From the human T2T-CHM13v2.0 reference genome, Homo sapiens, in NCBI RefSeq assembly GCF_009914755.1, contig NC_060926.1: a DNA stretch of 64,000 bases, one strand, 5' to 3'. The first letter of the stretch is position 1; each line of letters opens with the position of its first letter. The translations under genes were made by a program, and so were the position numbers. The notes under the pieces were generated by a model that had not been told where the DNA came from, made no database searches, and saw only the letters and a list, made by a program, of their open reading frames with translations. Below, piece by piece: positions 35,375 to 49,815 of this stretch.

Positions 35375-36087
35375 TGAAATTGCCCTTGAAAAATTTTGAC
35401 AGTAAGAGAAATCTGACATAGTTAACCCCATCTTGCTTCTGACCTCCAAGCTGTCCTTGGTCACTTCTGGGCATAGGCCAAGCTAACTTTGGGAGGAATT
35501 TAGTGTATCGTTTAACTTTGAAGCAAGAATGATAAAAGTCCCTCCCTCCCCTCAAATGAATCCCCTCCCTGTTTGAGGCTGAAACCAGCTTTATAAGACT
35601 AATGACAAGTCACAAGATATGTGTAGTTTCTATAATTCCTTACTGCTTGGGAGTAATATGGCCAGAGGTCACAAGATTTATGACCTTCCCAATTGCTCCT
35701 ACAGATAACATCACTATTGAAGAATGTAAGATTGGGGATTTTTGAGATATGTTTCAGATTGACCCCACTTGGACCCATGACCCATGAATCAGCTGGTCCT
35801 GTGGACCCATCCAGAGACATACTCAATGCACGAGGATCGTTTTCCACAATTCCTATGATTTCGTCCCCAACGAATTGATAGCACCCATTTCCTAGCCCCC
35901 TGCCCACCAAATTGTCCATAAAAACCCTGAGCTTCAAGCCTTCGGAGAGACTGATTTGAGTGATAATTCCAGTTCTCCTTCATGGGCCAGCCTCATATCA
36001 ATTAAACTCTCTCTACTGCAATGCTGCCATCTCAGTGGATTGATTTTGTCTGTGCAGTGGGCAGGAAGAACCCGTTGGGCAATTACA
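35375..36087 (+). mobile_element. LTR8-family (ERV1) solo LTR
   Basis: tgaaattgcc...ccatcttgcttctgacctccaagctgtcc...cccgttgggcaattaca. Confidence 0.85.
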
Positions 36088-36206
36088 CATTTCTGATTCT
36101 TGGCCTACTTCTTTGCTGCCTGGGCCATATGATCTCATCTCATAATGAATGTCCAAACAGGCAATGTTTGTATATGTGGCATGTGAACTGATGTTTTATT
36201 TTAGAG

Positions 36207-37937
36207 CAGTGGCTCTGAAACTTTTTAATATCAGGACTCCTCTAGACTCTTAAATGTTGTTGGGAAACCCAATGTGTTTTTATGTGGGTTATATTTATTG
36301 GTATTTATCATATTAGAAATTATAACTAATAAATTTTTAAATATGTATTGTTACTTTAAAATAACAACAGTAAAACAATTACATTGTAACATAAATAACA
36401 CACTTGTGTGTTTGTAAAAATACCCTCTATTTTCCAAAACAAAAACAATTTGGTGAGAAGGGTGGCACTGTTTTACATTTTTGCAGATCTCTTTAATGCC
36501 TGGCTTAATAAAGGACAATTGGAGTCCCATATCTACTTCTACATTCAATCTATAGTAGTATGTTGTTTTGGTTGAAGCGTATGAAGAAAATATGGCCTCA
36601 CAAAACTGCAGTCAGAAAAATGAGGAGTATTTTAATAGCTTTTTAGATAATTGTGGATACTGCTCTTAGATATTATGGTAAAACTCGACAAGTAGGAGTT
36701 TTTAAAAGTTGCAATGTGGAATCTGAAACCATATCAACAAACTTTGGATACTGTGTTGCATATAAATTCTGTTGCTTTATTTTGCACTTTGAATGGATCT
36801 TACCTTGTGAGTAATTTTTTACCATCATGGATTAGTCAATTGGGAAATATTGCTTCACTGATTTATGTAGACCTTCCAAATGTCAATACATTACATTATG
36901 CAACTTCAACAATTATTTGTTAATATCATTGCTAACTTCCTCAGAAAAGTTGTTTTTGTTTTGCTTTGTTTTGTTTTCTTTGAGACAGAATCTCTACCAC
37001 TCTGTCACCCAGGCTGGAGTGCAGTGGCACAATCATGGCTCACTGTAGCCTCGACTTCCCCGGGCTCAGGTGATCCTCCCACCTCAGCTTCCCGAGTAGC
37101 TGGAACTACACCCAACTCATTTTTGTTTTTTTTCTAGAGACAGGATTTGCAATGTTGCCCAGGCTGGTCTCGAACTCCTGGACTCAGGTGATCCTCCTGC
37201 CTCAGTCTCTCAAGGTGCTGGAATTACAGGCATGAGCGATGGTGCCCAGCCAGAAAAGTTTTTAGGTACTGGGGAGCTATCAAGCTCATGGTGAAAGATA
37301 CAACTTTCCAAAATGTTTATTTTTGCTTGAAAACTCAAATTTTATCACTGGCAAAAGTAGTGTTGATTGTTTTCCTTGAAGTGACAGGCTTATTTTGCTT
37401 ATTTTCAAGAAAACGCCTGTCAGATACCCAAGTCTGAATAAGCATAGCTTGTCTGTCAGTTTTTCTTTTAAAGAAAAATGCTGTTCTGCGTGAAATGCAG
37501 GTAGTTTATCTCACAGTTCAATCCTCAATTGCTTTTCTTCAGATGGCAGGTATAAAGGTGGATTTTTTTTGTCTACTTCCCATTTCGTCACACAATTCAA
37601 AATATGTGGACTCAAGGGTCAAGATTTTATAAAATTAACAATGTTTACTGCTTCATCTAGCATATTTTTAAATAAAATGAAAATGGTTGAAAATTTAAAT
37701 GTGTGGCCATCAGAATATGATGCCTACTCACACAGCTTGGTGTCACTGCCTTGATTCAGGCTAAGGCGTTGGCAGTTTTCCCCACCAGTGCTTCTGCACC
37801 ATTAGTGCCAATGTCAACATAGTGATACAGAAAAATAATACCTTAGTGTCATTATGAAATTGTTTTGACCTTGTAGACCCTGTGCAGAGGTCTCATAAGT
37901 CCCCAGGAATCTGTAGACCAAAATTTGAGAACTGCTG
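36207..37937 (-). mobile_element. Charlie1a DNA transposon, split by an AluJ
   Basis: Termini cagtggctct.../...tttgagaactgctg; internal gtcactgccttgattc and gcaccattagtgccaatgtcaaca; about 1.43 kb without the Alu. Confidence 0.85.
36952..37251 (-). mobile_element. AluJ
   Basis: AluJ body; TSD agaaaagtt at 36943-36951 and 37252-37260. Confidence 0.9.
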
Positions 37938-38025
37938 CTTTATTCATGTCACCACAGCTGCAATAAATGGATCAAAGGTTTTATCTGCTACTACCCAGAT
38001 CCTAGCTCTGCCACTCAATAAACAG

Positions 38026-38786
38026 TTTTGGGTTATCTATCGCTGAGTAACAAACCACATAAAAAAAAAGTGGTTTATCATGGCACATGTTTACCTGTGT
38101 AACAAACTGGCACATCCTGGACATGTACCCCTGAACTTAACATAAAAGTTGAAAGAAAAAAAATTAGTGGTTTATTTATTATTTTTTTTACATGTTTTAA
38201 TATGACCCAAAGTTAGATGCCAACAATTTTTTTATTTTAAAAATTTGTATTATTATGTTTTTGCTAAAAAACCAAGTAGATGAAAACATTAGTGGTTTAA
38301 ACAACATTATTATTACCTCTCATAATTCTGAATTGTTTCAGTTCAGAAGAGAAGCTTTCATTGTGGTTTCTAATGCAGGTGTAGTCAGCAGCTGGGGCCA
38401 ACTCTAATTAGAGTCATATAATGGCTCTTTCACTGTCATGTCTGCCTGCTGAGGCAGGATTGGAATGGCTGAGGGATGACTGAGAATCTCTTCTCTCAAC
38501 GTGGCCTTTTTACTTGGCTAGCTTGGGTTTTCTAATAACATGGTGGTCTTTCAGGAGGTGTTTTTTATACACACAGGCTAGTAGGCTGGCTTTCTTCAGA
38601 GAGAGTGTTCCCAGAGATAGGAAAGGAGAGGAGAGCCCAGGTTCAGAAATTGACCTAATATCCCTTCTATGTAATAAACTGGTCAAAGCGGTTACAGAGT
38701 TCATCCAGACTCAAGGCGAGGGAACATAGACCCGCTTCTCAACAGTAAGAGTTGAAGGAGTTTGTGACCATCTTCTATCTGCCACA
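38026..38786 (-). mobile_element. MLT1 (I/J/K-type) LTR inserted in a MIR and carrying two small insertions
   Basis: gttatctatcgctgagtaacaaaccac...agtggtttaaacaac...gtgaccatcttctatctgccaca; MIR resumes at 38787. Confidence 0.7.
38079..38162 (+). mobile_element. Short 5'-truncated L1PA 3' end
   Basis: catggcacatgtttacctgtgtaacaaac...catgtacccctgaactta followed by an A-tail. Confidence 0.85.
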
Positions 38787-38975
38787 AATAGTGTGACCTT
38801 GGACAAGTTACTCCTTGGACTTCCCCAGATGTTAAAGAGTATTTTTCTTGTTTATAAAGTAGGGATAATAATAGATCCTACTTTATAGGGGCTCCACAAA
38901 GATTAAAGACCTAATTATACAATCCCTAACACTGTGCCTCCTAAAGAGTAGAATTCATTGTGTTAAATATATTCA
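38787..38975 (+). mobile_element. MIR (3' part)
   Basis: gtgtgaccttggacaagttact...gggataataatag...ctactttatagg. Confidence 0.7.
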
Positions 38976-40406
38976 TTCATACTTTTATTATTTTACACAA
39001 TTGTTTAGCAGTGGTCAAAAACTTAGCCAACATTTCTTATGGTTTTAATTCAGCTTATCCTTTTAGAATTTCACCAGTTTCAGATTATTAGAATTAAAGT
39101 TTTTGTTCCTTTGCTTGGTTATCATATTCATATCAGTTTTTGATACCAATTATTCCACTGGAAATACAGAGAAGAGTGCTGTGATGCTGGAAAACAGGCT
39201 TATTTCCAGGCTATACTTCACTGTCAGTGACCTTGTATTAATATTTAATAGCAAGTGGGTCTGAATCCAGATATTGCTCAAGGAGATGGATGTGACACCT
39301 GGGTCAGGTCCCAAATCATTAACTCTGATATGTATTGGTAGACTTGCAATGATGACTAGATCTTGTGTATGATGGCTTCTGCCCTCCTGGGACAACCCTC
39401 CCAAGAATACCCTTGTCATTATTTTTAAATATCCTAATTACCACTTTATTTATTAGTGTACTATCTGACAGTGTGATGCTAACAGAGCACAACTCAGCAG
39501 CCCTTTCTACTCTTTAATTTTACTATGAAGCCCCACAATCAAATGTGGAAGAAAAAAGTCCTGCTCCCTATGTGAATGACAGCAGAAATAATGAAATATC
39601 TTCCCCAAACTGACAAATGTAGGAGATAACTCATTTCAACTTCACTCTCCTAGACAAGTCACTTGTATCACTCTAGTTGGTAAATTTGAGTACTTCATCT
39701 CTACGTACAGAAAATTTGCATCTTTTCTTTCATAAAGAGTCACTGACAAAATGTTCAAAACTAAATTTGCAATTGGGTTATAAGTAATTAGGAACCTCTG
39801 TAGAATAAAAGTATATTGCTACCCTTAAAAGTATGCTTCAGTATATATTTTTTCTTTAAATGGTAGAGATGAGCCTGGGTTAGCAAGCAGCATCCCTCTA
39901 GGCTTGTTCAACACTTACTTCCAAGGCTAAACTCTTTGACTTCTTGCCAATTGGCAAGGACGTACCGGCCTCTACTGCAGAATTTCCTTTCAAGAAATAG
40001 AATTTAAATGGAAATATCATTTGTATATATTAGTAGTAACAGTAGTTGTAATTTTCAAATTTGCCTTTATTTAGGTAGTGAAAGATAACCACAGTTGTTC
40101 AAAAAAAGTCACCTTTTAAAAATATGTAAAAATGTTTTTAGAATACATAATCTTAACAGTCTCATCCATTATAATATCATCTTCTACTATTTGAAAAGTA
40201 GCTAATAGATCTTCTATTTAGATGCCAACCTTGTGATAGTCACAATTAGCCAGAAACCATCTGTAGGCATGCATCCCACTTCTGTTGTCATCTCACACTC
40301 TTGGACGGTTAAGTCTCTTACAAAGAGATCACTCACACTCAGGAAGTTGTTAGGATAACAGGGGTAATGAATTTGAGCAAATGAAAGCGTTCTCTTAGAA
40401 GATTGG

Positions 40407-41348
<942 letters not shown>

Positions 41349-41728
41349 CTTCCGTAGCAGCTTGGGATGGACTCTTCTATCTTCTAAGAATATGGTTTTG
41401 TCTCCATTTAAAATATAACAGACCTTATATAACTTTATCTTCTGAGACTGGGTATTTGCAAACAACCTGGGAATAATTCTTGTTTGATTGGCATAGTAAC
41501 CTCATGTATTCACTGTATACAGCAGGGTGAATCTGATTAAAACAAGTTGACCTAAATTGAAATTTAAGTCTCAATTTTAAAAGATCATTTAATCTTATTT
41601 TTCCCTTCAAAAATTGTATAATTAGTATTATCTTAATGTACATTCATTAAGATGTAGAGATAAAAGGCAGACATTCTTTTAGAAGGCATAAACTAGTGTT
41701 TCAAAGCATAATTTGTGTTACTTTGTAC

Positions 41729-42022
41729 TTTTTTTTTTTTTTTTGATGGAGTCTCATTCTGTCACCCAGGCTGGAGTGCAGTGGCATGATCTTGGCTCAC
41801 TGAAACCTCCACCTCCCGGGTTCAAGTGATTCTTCTGTCTCAGCCTCCTGAGTAGCTGGGACTATAGGGGTGCGCCATCACACCTGGCTAATTTTTGTAT
41901 TTTTAGTAGAGACTGGGTTTCACCATATTGGCCAGGCTTGTCTCGAATTCCTGACCTCGTGATCCTCTGGCCTCGGCCTCCCAAAGTGCTGGGATTACAG
42001 GTGTGAGCCACCATGCCTGGCC
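41729..42022 (-). mobile_element. AluSg-like
   Basis: Alu body with cctgacctcgtgatc; TSD actttgta at 41720-41727 and 42023-42030. Confidence 0.93.
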
Positions 42023-42074
42023 ACTTTGTATTTTTTCAAGTTAATTTTATAGTATTATGAGAAAGCTGAAAGAT

Positions 42075-42290
42075 ACAGTATAGTCTGTGATTAAAACTGT
42101 GAGCTCAGGAGTTACCTGGGTTAAAATACAGTACCTGTTCTGCCTGCTAGTAGTTACATGACCCCTGTTCATTTTCTAAACCTAAGCCTCAGTCTCCATA
42201 TCTATGAAGTGGGGATAAAAACAGTGCCTCCTTCATAGAGTTGTTGTGAGAATTAGCTGACATAAGTCATACAAAACACCAAGTATATGG
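42075..42290 (+). mobile_element. MIR
   Basis: ctaagcctcagtctccatatctatgaagtggggataa...catagagttgttgtgagaatta. Confidence 0.75.
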
Positions 42291-42682
42291 ATTTTAAGCC
42301 TATAAATGTTTGCTATTTGTACTTAACAAAAATTAAAACACTAAGATATTTTGAGGTTGAAAATGTAATTTCTCTACTTAGCACAATTGTCAGGGATTGT
42401 TTTTCTTTCTTATATACTATAAAAATAATCACTGTCAGAACAGGAGGCATTTTATTATACAATTTAACTAAAATCATAAACTAAGTACCTTGAATATATT
42501 TCTGTATCAGCAAGTGGTGCATAATGATTCATCAAAATTAGCATGCATATTTGAATACATGTTCTGTGTGTATTATAGGAATTTTTGAAAATCAGAAACA
42601 TAGAATAAACATGAAAAAATAGCGAAGTAACCATTGTGAACCTGTGATGCTAATAGCATCAATTTGTTTTACACCCCTACCC

Positions 42683-43013
42683 CAGCAGTCACCAGCCTTT
42701 TTGGCAACAGGGACTGGTTTCATGGAAGGCAGTTTTTTCCCAGACAATTTCAGGATGAAACTGTTCCACCTAGGATCATCAGATCATCAGGCACTGGATT
42801 CTCATAAGTAGCACACAACCTAGATCCCTTGCATGCACAGTTCACAATAGGGTTCATGCTCCTATGAGAATCTAATGCTGCTGCTGATGGGACAGGAGGT
42901 GGAGCTCAGGGGGTAATGCTTGCTTGCCTACCACTCACCTCCTGCTGTGTGGCCCGGTTCCTAACAGGTCACTGACTGGTATCAGTCTGTGGCCCAGGGG
43001 TTGGGGACCCCTG
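42683..43013. mobile_element. MER1B (hAT-Charlie)
   Basis: cagcagtcaccagcctttttggca...ggttggggacccctg; TSD ccctaccc/ctctacac. Confidence 0.9.
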
Positions 43014-43419
43014 CTCTACACATAAATACCCTCACATACATGTGTATTTGTGTTTATGTATATAAACATAATGTAAAGATACTTATCATAAAATAATATT
43101 ATTGTACATACTGTATTTTCTTACTGAACAATACATGCTGCCAGGAATTTATACTGTGAATATCCTGTAAAATAACATGACATATATATATATAAGATTA
43201 ACATTGTAACATTGATAGTAGTCGGAGAAAGGTAGCTAATTATTCTAAGATTTTAAATGTCAAAAGGAGAGTTGAAAATAACCATTTAGCAAGCTGTCCT
43301 CAAATGTAAACCCATGCTAGCTTATCATTCTTGCCTTGGTTGGATTCAAGAGTAACTTTCTCTTCATTCATTTGGTCAGTTTGACAAATCATAAAATATT
43401 ACCTACTCTTTGGCAGGGC

Positions 43420-43630
43420 TCTGTGCCAGTCCCTGCAGCCTTAGGTAGTCTATTCCCTGAGCACTCTGCACCTTTACGGCCTCATCACACAGCACTGACA
43501 TTGCTTGTTTGCTTCTCTGTACTCTCTATTCATTCCCCATGAGGGCAGAGAGTGGGTATATTCTTGATTGGTATTTTTTCAGCATTTAGCACAATGCCAG
43601 GCACAGTCAGTGCTCAATAAATGTATGAAC
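43420..43630 (+). mobile_element. L2 3' end
   Basis: catgagggcag...agcacaatgccaggcacag...gctcaataaatg. Confidence 0.65.
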
Positions 43631-44034
43631 TGTGAATCTATGGATTATCTTGCCTGCATTTTGCTTTGACTTCTCCACTGTCTCTATTCATATACTTTAT
43701 TTTTTAGTGCATGTGTTTAATTATTTCTTCTGTGTGTGCGTCAGCACTGCCTGACCCTAATTGGGTAAGACATTGTCTATTTCATCAATCTTTCCATAAC
43801 CAGAACGGAATAGTCGGGTGTGATCAGGCCTTTAAACTCTGAATAAATTGTCTGAAATTAAATTATTTTAAGCTCAAGGGCAGAGATGATAGAATTTTCT
43901 TTTATATTATCTTACTCTTTTTGAATTTTTATATAAAAAGACATTCAATAAATATTAAGTAATATAAAATGTGACTTCACAGAAAATATTGACTAAAGAT
44001 ACCAGTGGAGTAGCTAATGTGTCTGATAGATTTT

Positions 44035-44325
44035 GAACTATTTATTTGAGACAGTCTCACTTTGTCACCCAAGCTGGAGGGCAGTGGTGCAATCACGGCT
44101 CACTGAAGTCTCGACCTCCCTGGGTTCAAGCAATCCTTCCACCTCAGCCTCTGGAGAGGCTGCGACTACTGGCACATGGCACCATGCCCACATAATTTTT
44201 GTATATCTTGTGCAGATGCAGTTTTGCCATGTTGCCCAGCCTGGTCTCAACACCTGGGCTCAAGCAATACACTCAACTCAGCTTTCTAAAGCTGGGATTA
44301 CAGGTGTGAGTCACCATGCCCAGTG
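44035..44325 (-). mobile_element. AluJ
   Basis: Diverged Alu; TSD gtgtctgatag at 44019-44029 and 44326-44336. Confidence 0.9.
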
Positions 44326-44384
44326 GTGTCTGATAGTTTTAAAGAAGCATTATACTAAACTGGGTTTAAATTTTAGCATGTTTT

Positions 44385-44560
44385 GACACCCACCAGACCT
44401 GAATTTGACTGTTAACTCTGTAGTTTTGAGCCTCAGTTTCTTCATTTTAAAATGGAGTTAATAAAACCTATCTCATTGAGGTCTTATAAGGGATAAATAG
44501 CATAAAATTTTATAAACACTAGGCATATAATATAGTGGTCTTTAATAATTGTTTTATTAT
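44385..44560 (+). mobile_element. MIR
   Basis: gagcctcagtttcttcattttaaaatggag...cctatctcattgagg. Confidence 0.65.
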
Positions 44561-45781
44561 TTTATTTCTGACCAACTTACAGTCATCATCAAGATAAAAT
44601 AGGAGATTCCTTACACTTGTACAGTATGCCTGCATGTTTATTGGCTTATTTTCTTACAAAAACAATATTTTGTTAAATAATATAAAAGCCTCTGGGTCTT
44701 TATAATTCTGGACAAGTAGAAGTGCATGCAATAAACTAAGTTCATATTGCAGCTTCCAGAGATGAAGAAATTTGAAAATTGGACCAGAGCATCAGGAGAA
44801 TATAACTCTGCATGTATACTGCTTTCAGTTGGCTGGTCACAAAAAAGTTTAGTTCCACAATGAATTGTAGAAAGTAGTGTTTAAGTTCAGGAGAGTTGGC
44901 CACTTTAAACTGAAATGCAGAGTGCACCGTTTTATTGTATAGGAAATGTCTGCTTCTATTATATGCTTTTCAAAGCACAGTGTTTTAAGCTGAAAATGAA
45001 ATATTTTAAAATACATTTTTATTTTTATAAAAAGCAATATTGAAATTATGTTATTCAGAGTGGAGTCTAGAGTTGGGAAGGAATTGCCCTGAATTCTGTT
45101 TCTTGAACTCTATCACTACATCTCCATGCAAATGAGGGAATTATAGCTAAAAATAATTTTGTCCATAGCATACACAAAAAATGTAGCCTCATTCCAGTGT
45201 TCCGATTTCCATGGCATTCTCTGATTTAGAATTACTTAAAATAGTATCTGAGAGTGTTAAGTTCTACCATTTTATTCCCCATATGAGAACTACAAATTAG
45301 GAAATAATTGAATATTTGAAGCTGGATTAATTTCTTGGAGTAAAATTTGAAAATGAGAGAGGGAAAAATTGCACCTATAAGTTTGCATGTATGTATGTGT
45401 GTGTACAATTATTTCCCTCTCTCATTTTCAAATTTTACTCCAAGAAGTTTATATATATGTATTTCAGATTTGGGGGAGGCCAAATTTATTCCCTTCAGTC
45501 ACAGACATAACTATACCATTACAGCCTTTCGCTGGAGCAATTCTGGCCAACAAAGGTTACTGCGGCTCACAGAAAGTCCAAATGTCTCTTTGCAGGCCTC
45601 AGACCCAGAATTTGAGCCTGGAAGGTGGAAGCCAAGTATTCCTGGCTCCTTTTACCAAAACCCCTATCAGAGACATCACTTCCCCTCCCCTGAGAAGACT
45701 AAGAAGATGAAGAGAGAAAGATTCTTTCCATAGTGTTCTCTCCGGGAAACTGGGTTGGAAATATCCTCTATGAAAACATGA

Positions 45782-45800
45782 AGAGAGAGAGAGAGGGAGA

Positions 45801-45831
<31 letters not shown>

Positions 45832-45845
45832 TGTGTGTGTGTGTG
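45782..45845. repeat. (GA)n(GT)n compound microsatellite
   Basis: Read directly from the sequence. Confidence 0.95.
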
Positions 45846-47349
45846 CTACTGCCTGTTACTATTCTGTAATTTTTTTTTTTTTTACTAACTGTGTGTGTGT
45901 ATGTGGGAGGGTGTATACATACACACATATTTTCTCTTTAATGTCTATATATACAATGATTTGTCTTATATGTATACACACCCACATACACACTCCTTGT
46001 GAGAGAAAAAGAGAAAGACTAGAGAAAACAGAAAAAGGAAGGGAGAGAGAGAATAAAAAGCTTAAAGGTAAAAAGAGTAATCATAGAGTCCAATGTGATG
46101 GAAACCAGTGTAAAAGAACATCAGCTAATGTACTGATGATAAATTGTCTTCATTCCTATTTATCTTTGGTATTTTATTGCTAGGATTAACCATACTCTTA
46201 TGTTACCAAAGTCGTAAATAACTTATTGTTTCATAACATCAATTTTTAGAATGTTAGGTATTCCCTAAGAGTACATATTGCCTTTTCACATAGCTTAAGA
46301 TCCATTTTTATGTAACATTTATTCATTTCTGGTTTGCAATCCATGTTTTCTCAGAAAGAATTGGGATGACATTATGTTATAAATTCCTTTATTTATATGC
46401 TTAACTGTGGTCTCAGAAAGTAGGGGAATAAATGTCTTCTGTGAATACATACCTGTTTTGGTATTTAAAGGGCAAAAATTTCATCTATATTTATCCATCA
46501 TCTATTTTTTAAAAAAACATTGGTAACTTTAGTGTTGTATATAGTTTATGTTTACTGAATGAAATTCAAATGGCATTTTTGTATAAGGACTTAAAAATAT
46601 ATCCTTGAGTGTGATTATGTTAATTTTCTTTTGGAATTTTTTAAGGGTGGTAGCCCACAGTAATTAAATAATAAAAGGAGTTTAGATGCAAATTTACTAT
46701 TTGATTAATTATACAAACCTTTTGCATTTACATACTCCTTTTCTTGTTTTCATTCTCTGCTGAAGGATACAAGATGTCAACATAAATCGAAGATGTCACC
46801 ACAGATTTTCTAGACAAAGTAGCTGTGCTTTGAATTTAATAAGACTACACAATAAAGGAAGAAATATTATTTATACTCATCCAGACAAAATATTATATAT
46901 AGAATAGTGTTAAATATATCTGGCTCGCATTTTCACTTTTAATTACTTTCCAAATTCTAATTGAATTAATTTGTTCTCTTTTATACTATAAATGGGGCAT
47001 ATTTATAAATAGGAAATGTTCTCTGTAAGCACCAATAGATTACCTATTTCTATTTGTGTTTGTCTTAGTCATTCTTAATTTTAAGAAATCTGATAGCTGG
47101 GTCTTATCTTTCTGTACACATTACTGGCATTTAATGACTGAAAGATTCCAGTAACTACAGTACATAACTACCTTAAGGAATTCAACAAGCATTCTTGTAA
47201 TAATGTTGTTTATTCTTATTACTAATATTTGTTATATCAAAAGATTGAATTATATTGGAGGAGTAGTAGCTTTGCTTTTATTGGCTCTTGAAAGAAATAA
47301 ATGGCTTTTCTGTAAACAGCTATTTGATCCACTTAAATGTTAGCTAAGT

Positions 47350-47720
47350 ACATCGGTGACTGAAGAGTTTCCTTATTGTCTCCAATAACATTATGTTGGG
47401 GTTTGTGTGTGGCGGAGAGCGTGCATGGGGCTGTTTGTATTTTTACATTTTCTCTTTTTCAGTGCACTAGGTCATTGCTTGGTGTCCACTGCCTGCAGCA
47501 GAAGGGCTCACCATTGTGTTTCGGTGCTCGCTCCCAACCAGCCCTGCTGTTTCGGCTCCAAGCAGAGAGGAGGAGGCCCTGCCTGTCTCCATGACAACCG
47601 TGTGTCCTCCGGGAAGCTGCTCAGAGCTAAAAACCTTCTGAGAGGCGGGGGAGGGGCCGTTTCTGAGCAAAATCTCACCTCGTTTCTCCTCTTTCCAGCG
47701 CAATTTGCTAAATTGTGTCT
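47350..47720 (-). promoter_or_regulatory. Candidate promoter / first exon (CpG-retaining, GC box, X-box, ATG|GTGAG donor)
   Basis: About 11 CpGs in 47400-47700; ggcgggggagggg near 47644; gtctccatgacaac at 47585-47598; minus-strand acacaATG|gtgagc at 47514-47506. Confidence 0.5.
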
Positions 47721-48214
47721 CTTTTATTATGTTTTTATTTAAGACTGTTACTCAAAAGCCACACACCCCAAACCTTATTTCATGAACACAAAAGCCACAT
47801 CACAAGGATTTTTCTAGCATCTGGCACATAATTTCACACACCCCTCCCCCCTTTGTGTTAACTTTAACTTTGTCTCTAGTTCTCCAGTTCCTTGGAAAGA
47901 TTTAAATATTAATGAACATTCAAAAGCCAAACACTCCCTTAGCCTGGCAATATTGTTAGCATACATTATAAATATTTGAAAGGAAACAGTTTTTCCTTTG
48001 CTTTTTGCTTAAACAAATTTACAAGCATAGTTTAAAATTGTAGCATTAAAAATATTTTACCATTAGACAACATTAGATGTATGTCATATATATTATTAAA
48101 AAATTAAATTTACCAAGTTAATTCACTAGGGGGTGAGCAATTGATTTATAATTGTCACAAATTCTTAACAATATTTCACACATATACATACTTTTGAAAA
48201 ATAATCTCTGCTCC

Positions 48215-49270
<1,056 letters not shown>

Positions 49271-49467
49271 CTCCCAGAAAATACGTATTTTTTATTTTGA
49301 CCTGTGGCTATACCAGGTAGCAGTAGTGGGCTGGAGCAATTACTTTTGCTCTGTTCTCTATAATTTCTCTCATGGCAGTTTCTTTCAATCTTGTGGCTTC
49401 AGATAGCTCCTTGAATTAAATGAATATCAATTTATTTCAAAGGTGTCTTGAGAGCTTCCCTAGCCTA

Positions 49468-49815
49468 GTGTAGTGGCTTTGTGCAGAGTGAGCTTACATA
49501 AAGTGGAACTACATTTCCCAGAATTCCGTTTCTGGTCTGGCTTTGTCTTGGCCTTGTCCGCAGGCTGAATGGAAGCAGCCGCCGTATTTTTTTACCTTGT
49601 GAGGGTGGCTCATGGCCCCAGGCAACATGCTAAATTGCCTCTGTTGCTGCAGAGACCGCAGTGCAGCCTTTTGACTTCTTAGCTCCTTCACCTTCTCTGA
49701 GTCCTGGCCCAGGCCACTGTGCAGCTCCACGCTGCCGGGGTTCGGCTTCTTCTGCTGGTGACCCACCCTCTGTATCTTCTCTTTTGGCGTCTCTGAATCC
49801 TGGGCAGTTGCATGT
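49468..49815. mobile_element. LTR33-like (ERVL) LTR remnant
   Basis: tgtagtgg...gaactacatttcccagaattcc, as recalled for the LTR33 group. Confidence 0.45.

Noticed and set aside
45347-46183. Cluster of 107-128 aa ORFs
   Set aside because: They overlap microsatellites, mostly lack ATG starts, and have no recognisable protein features.
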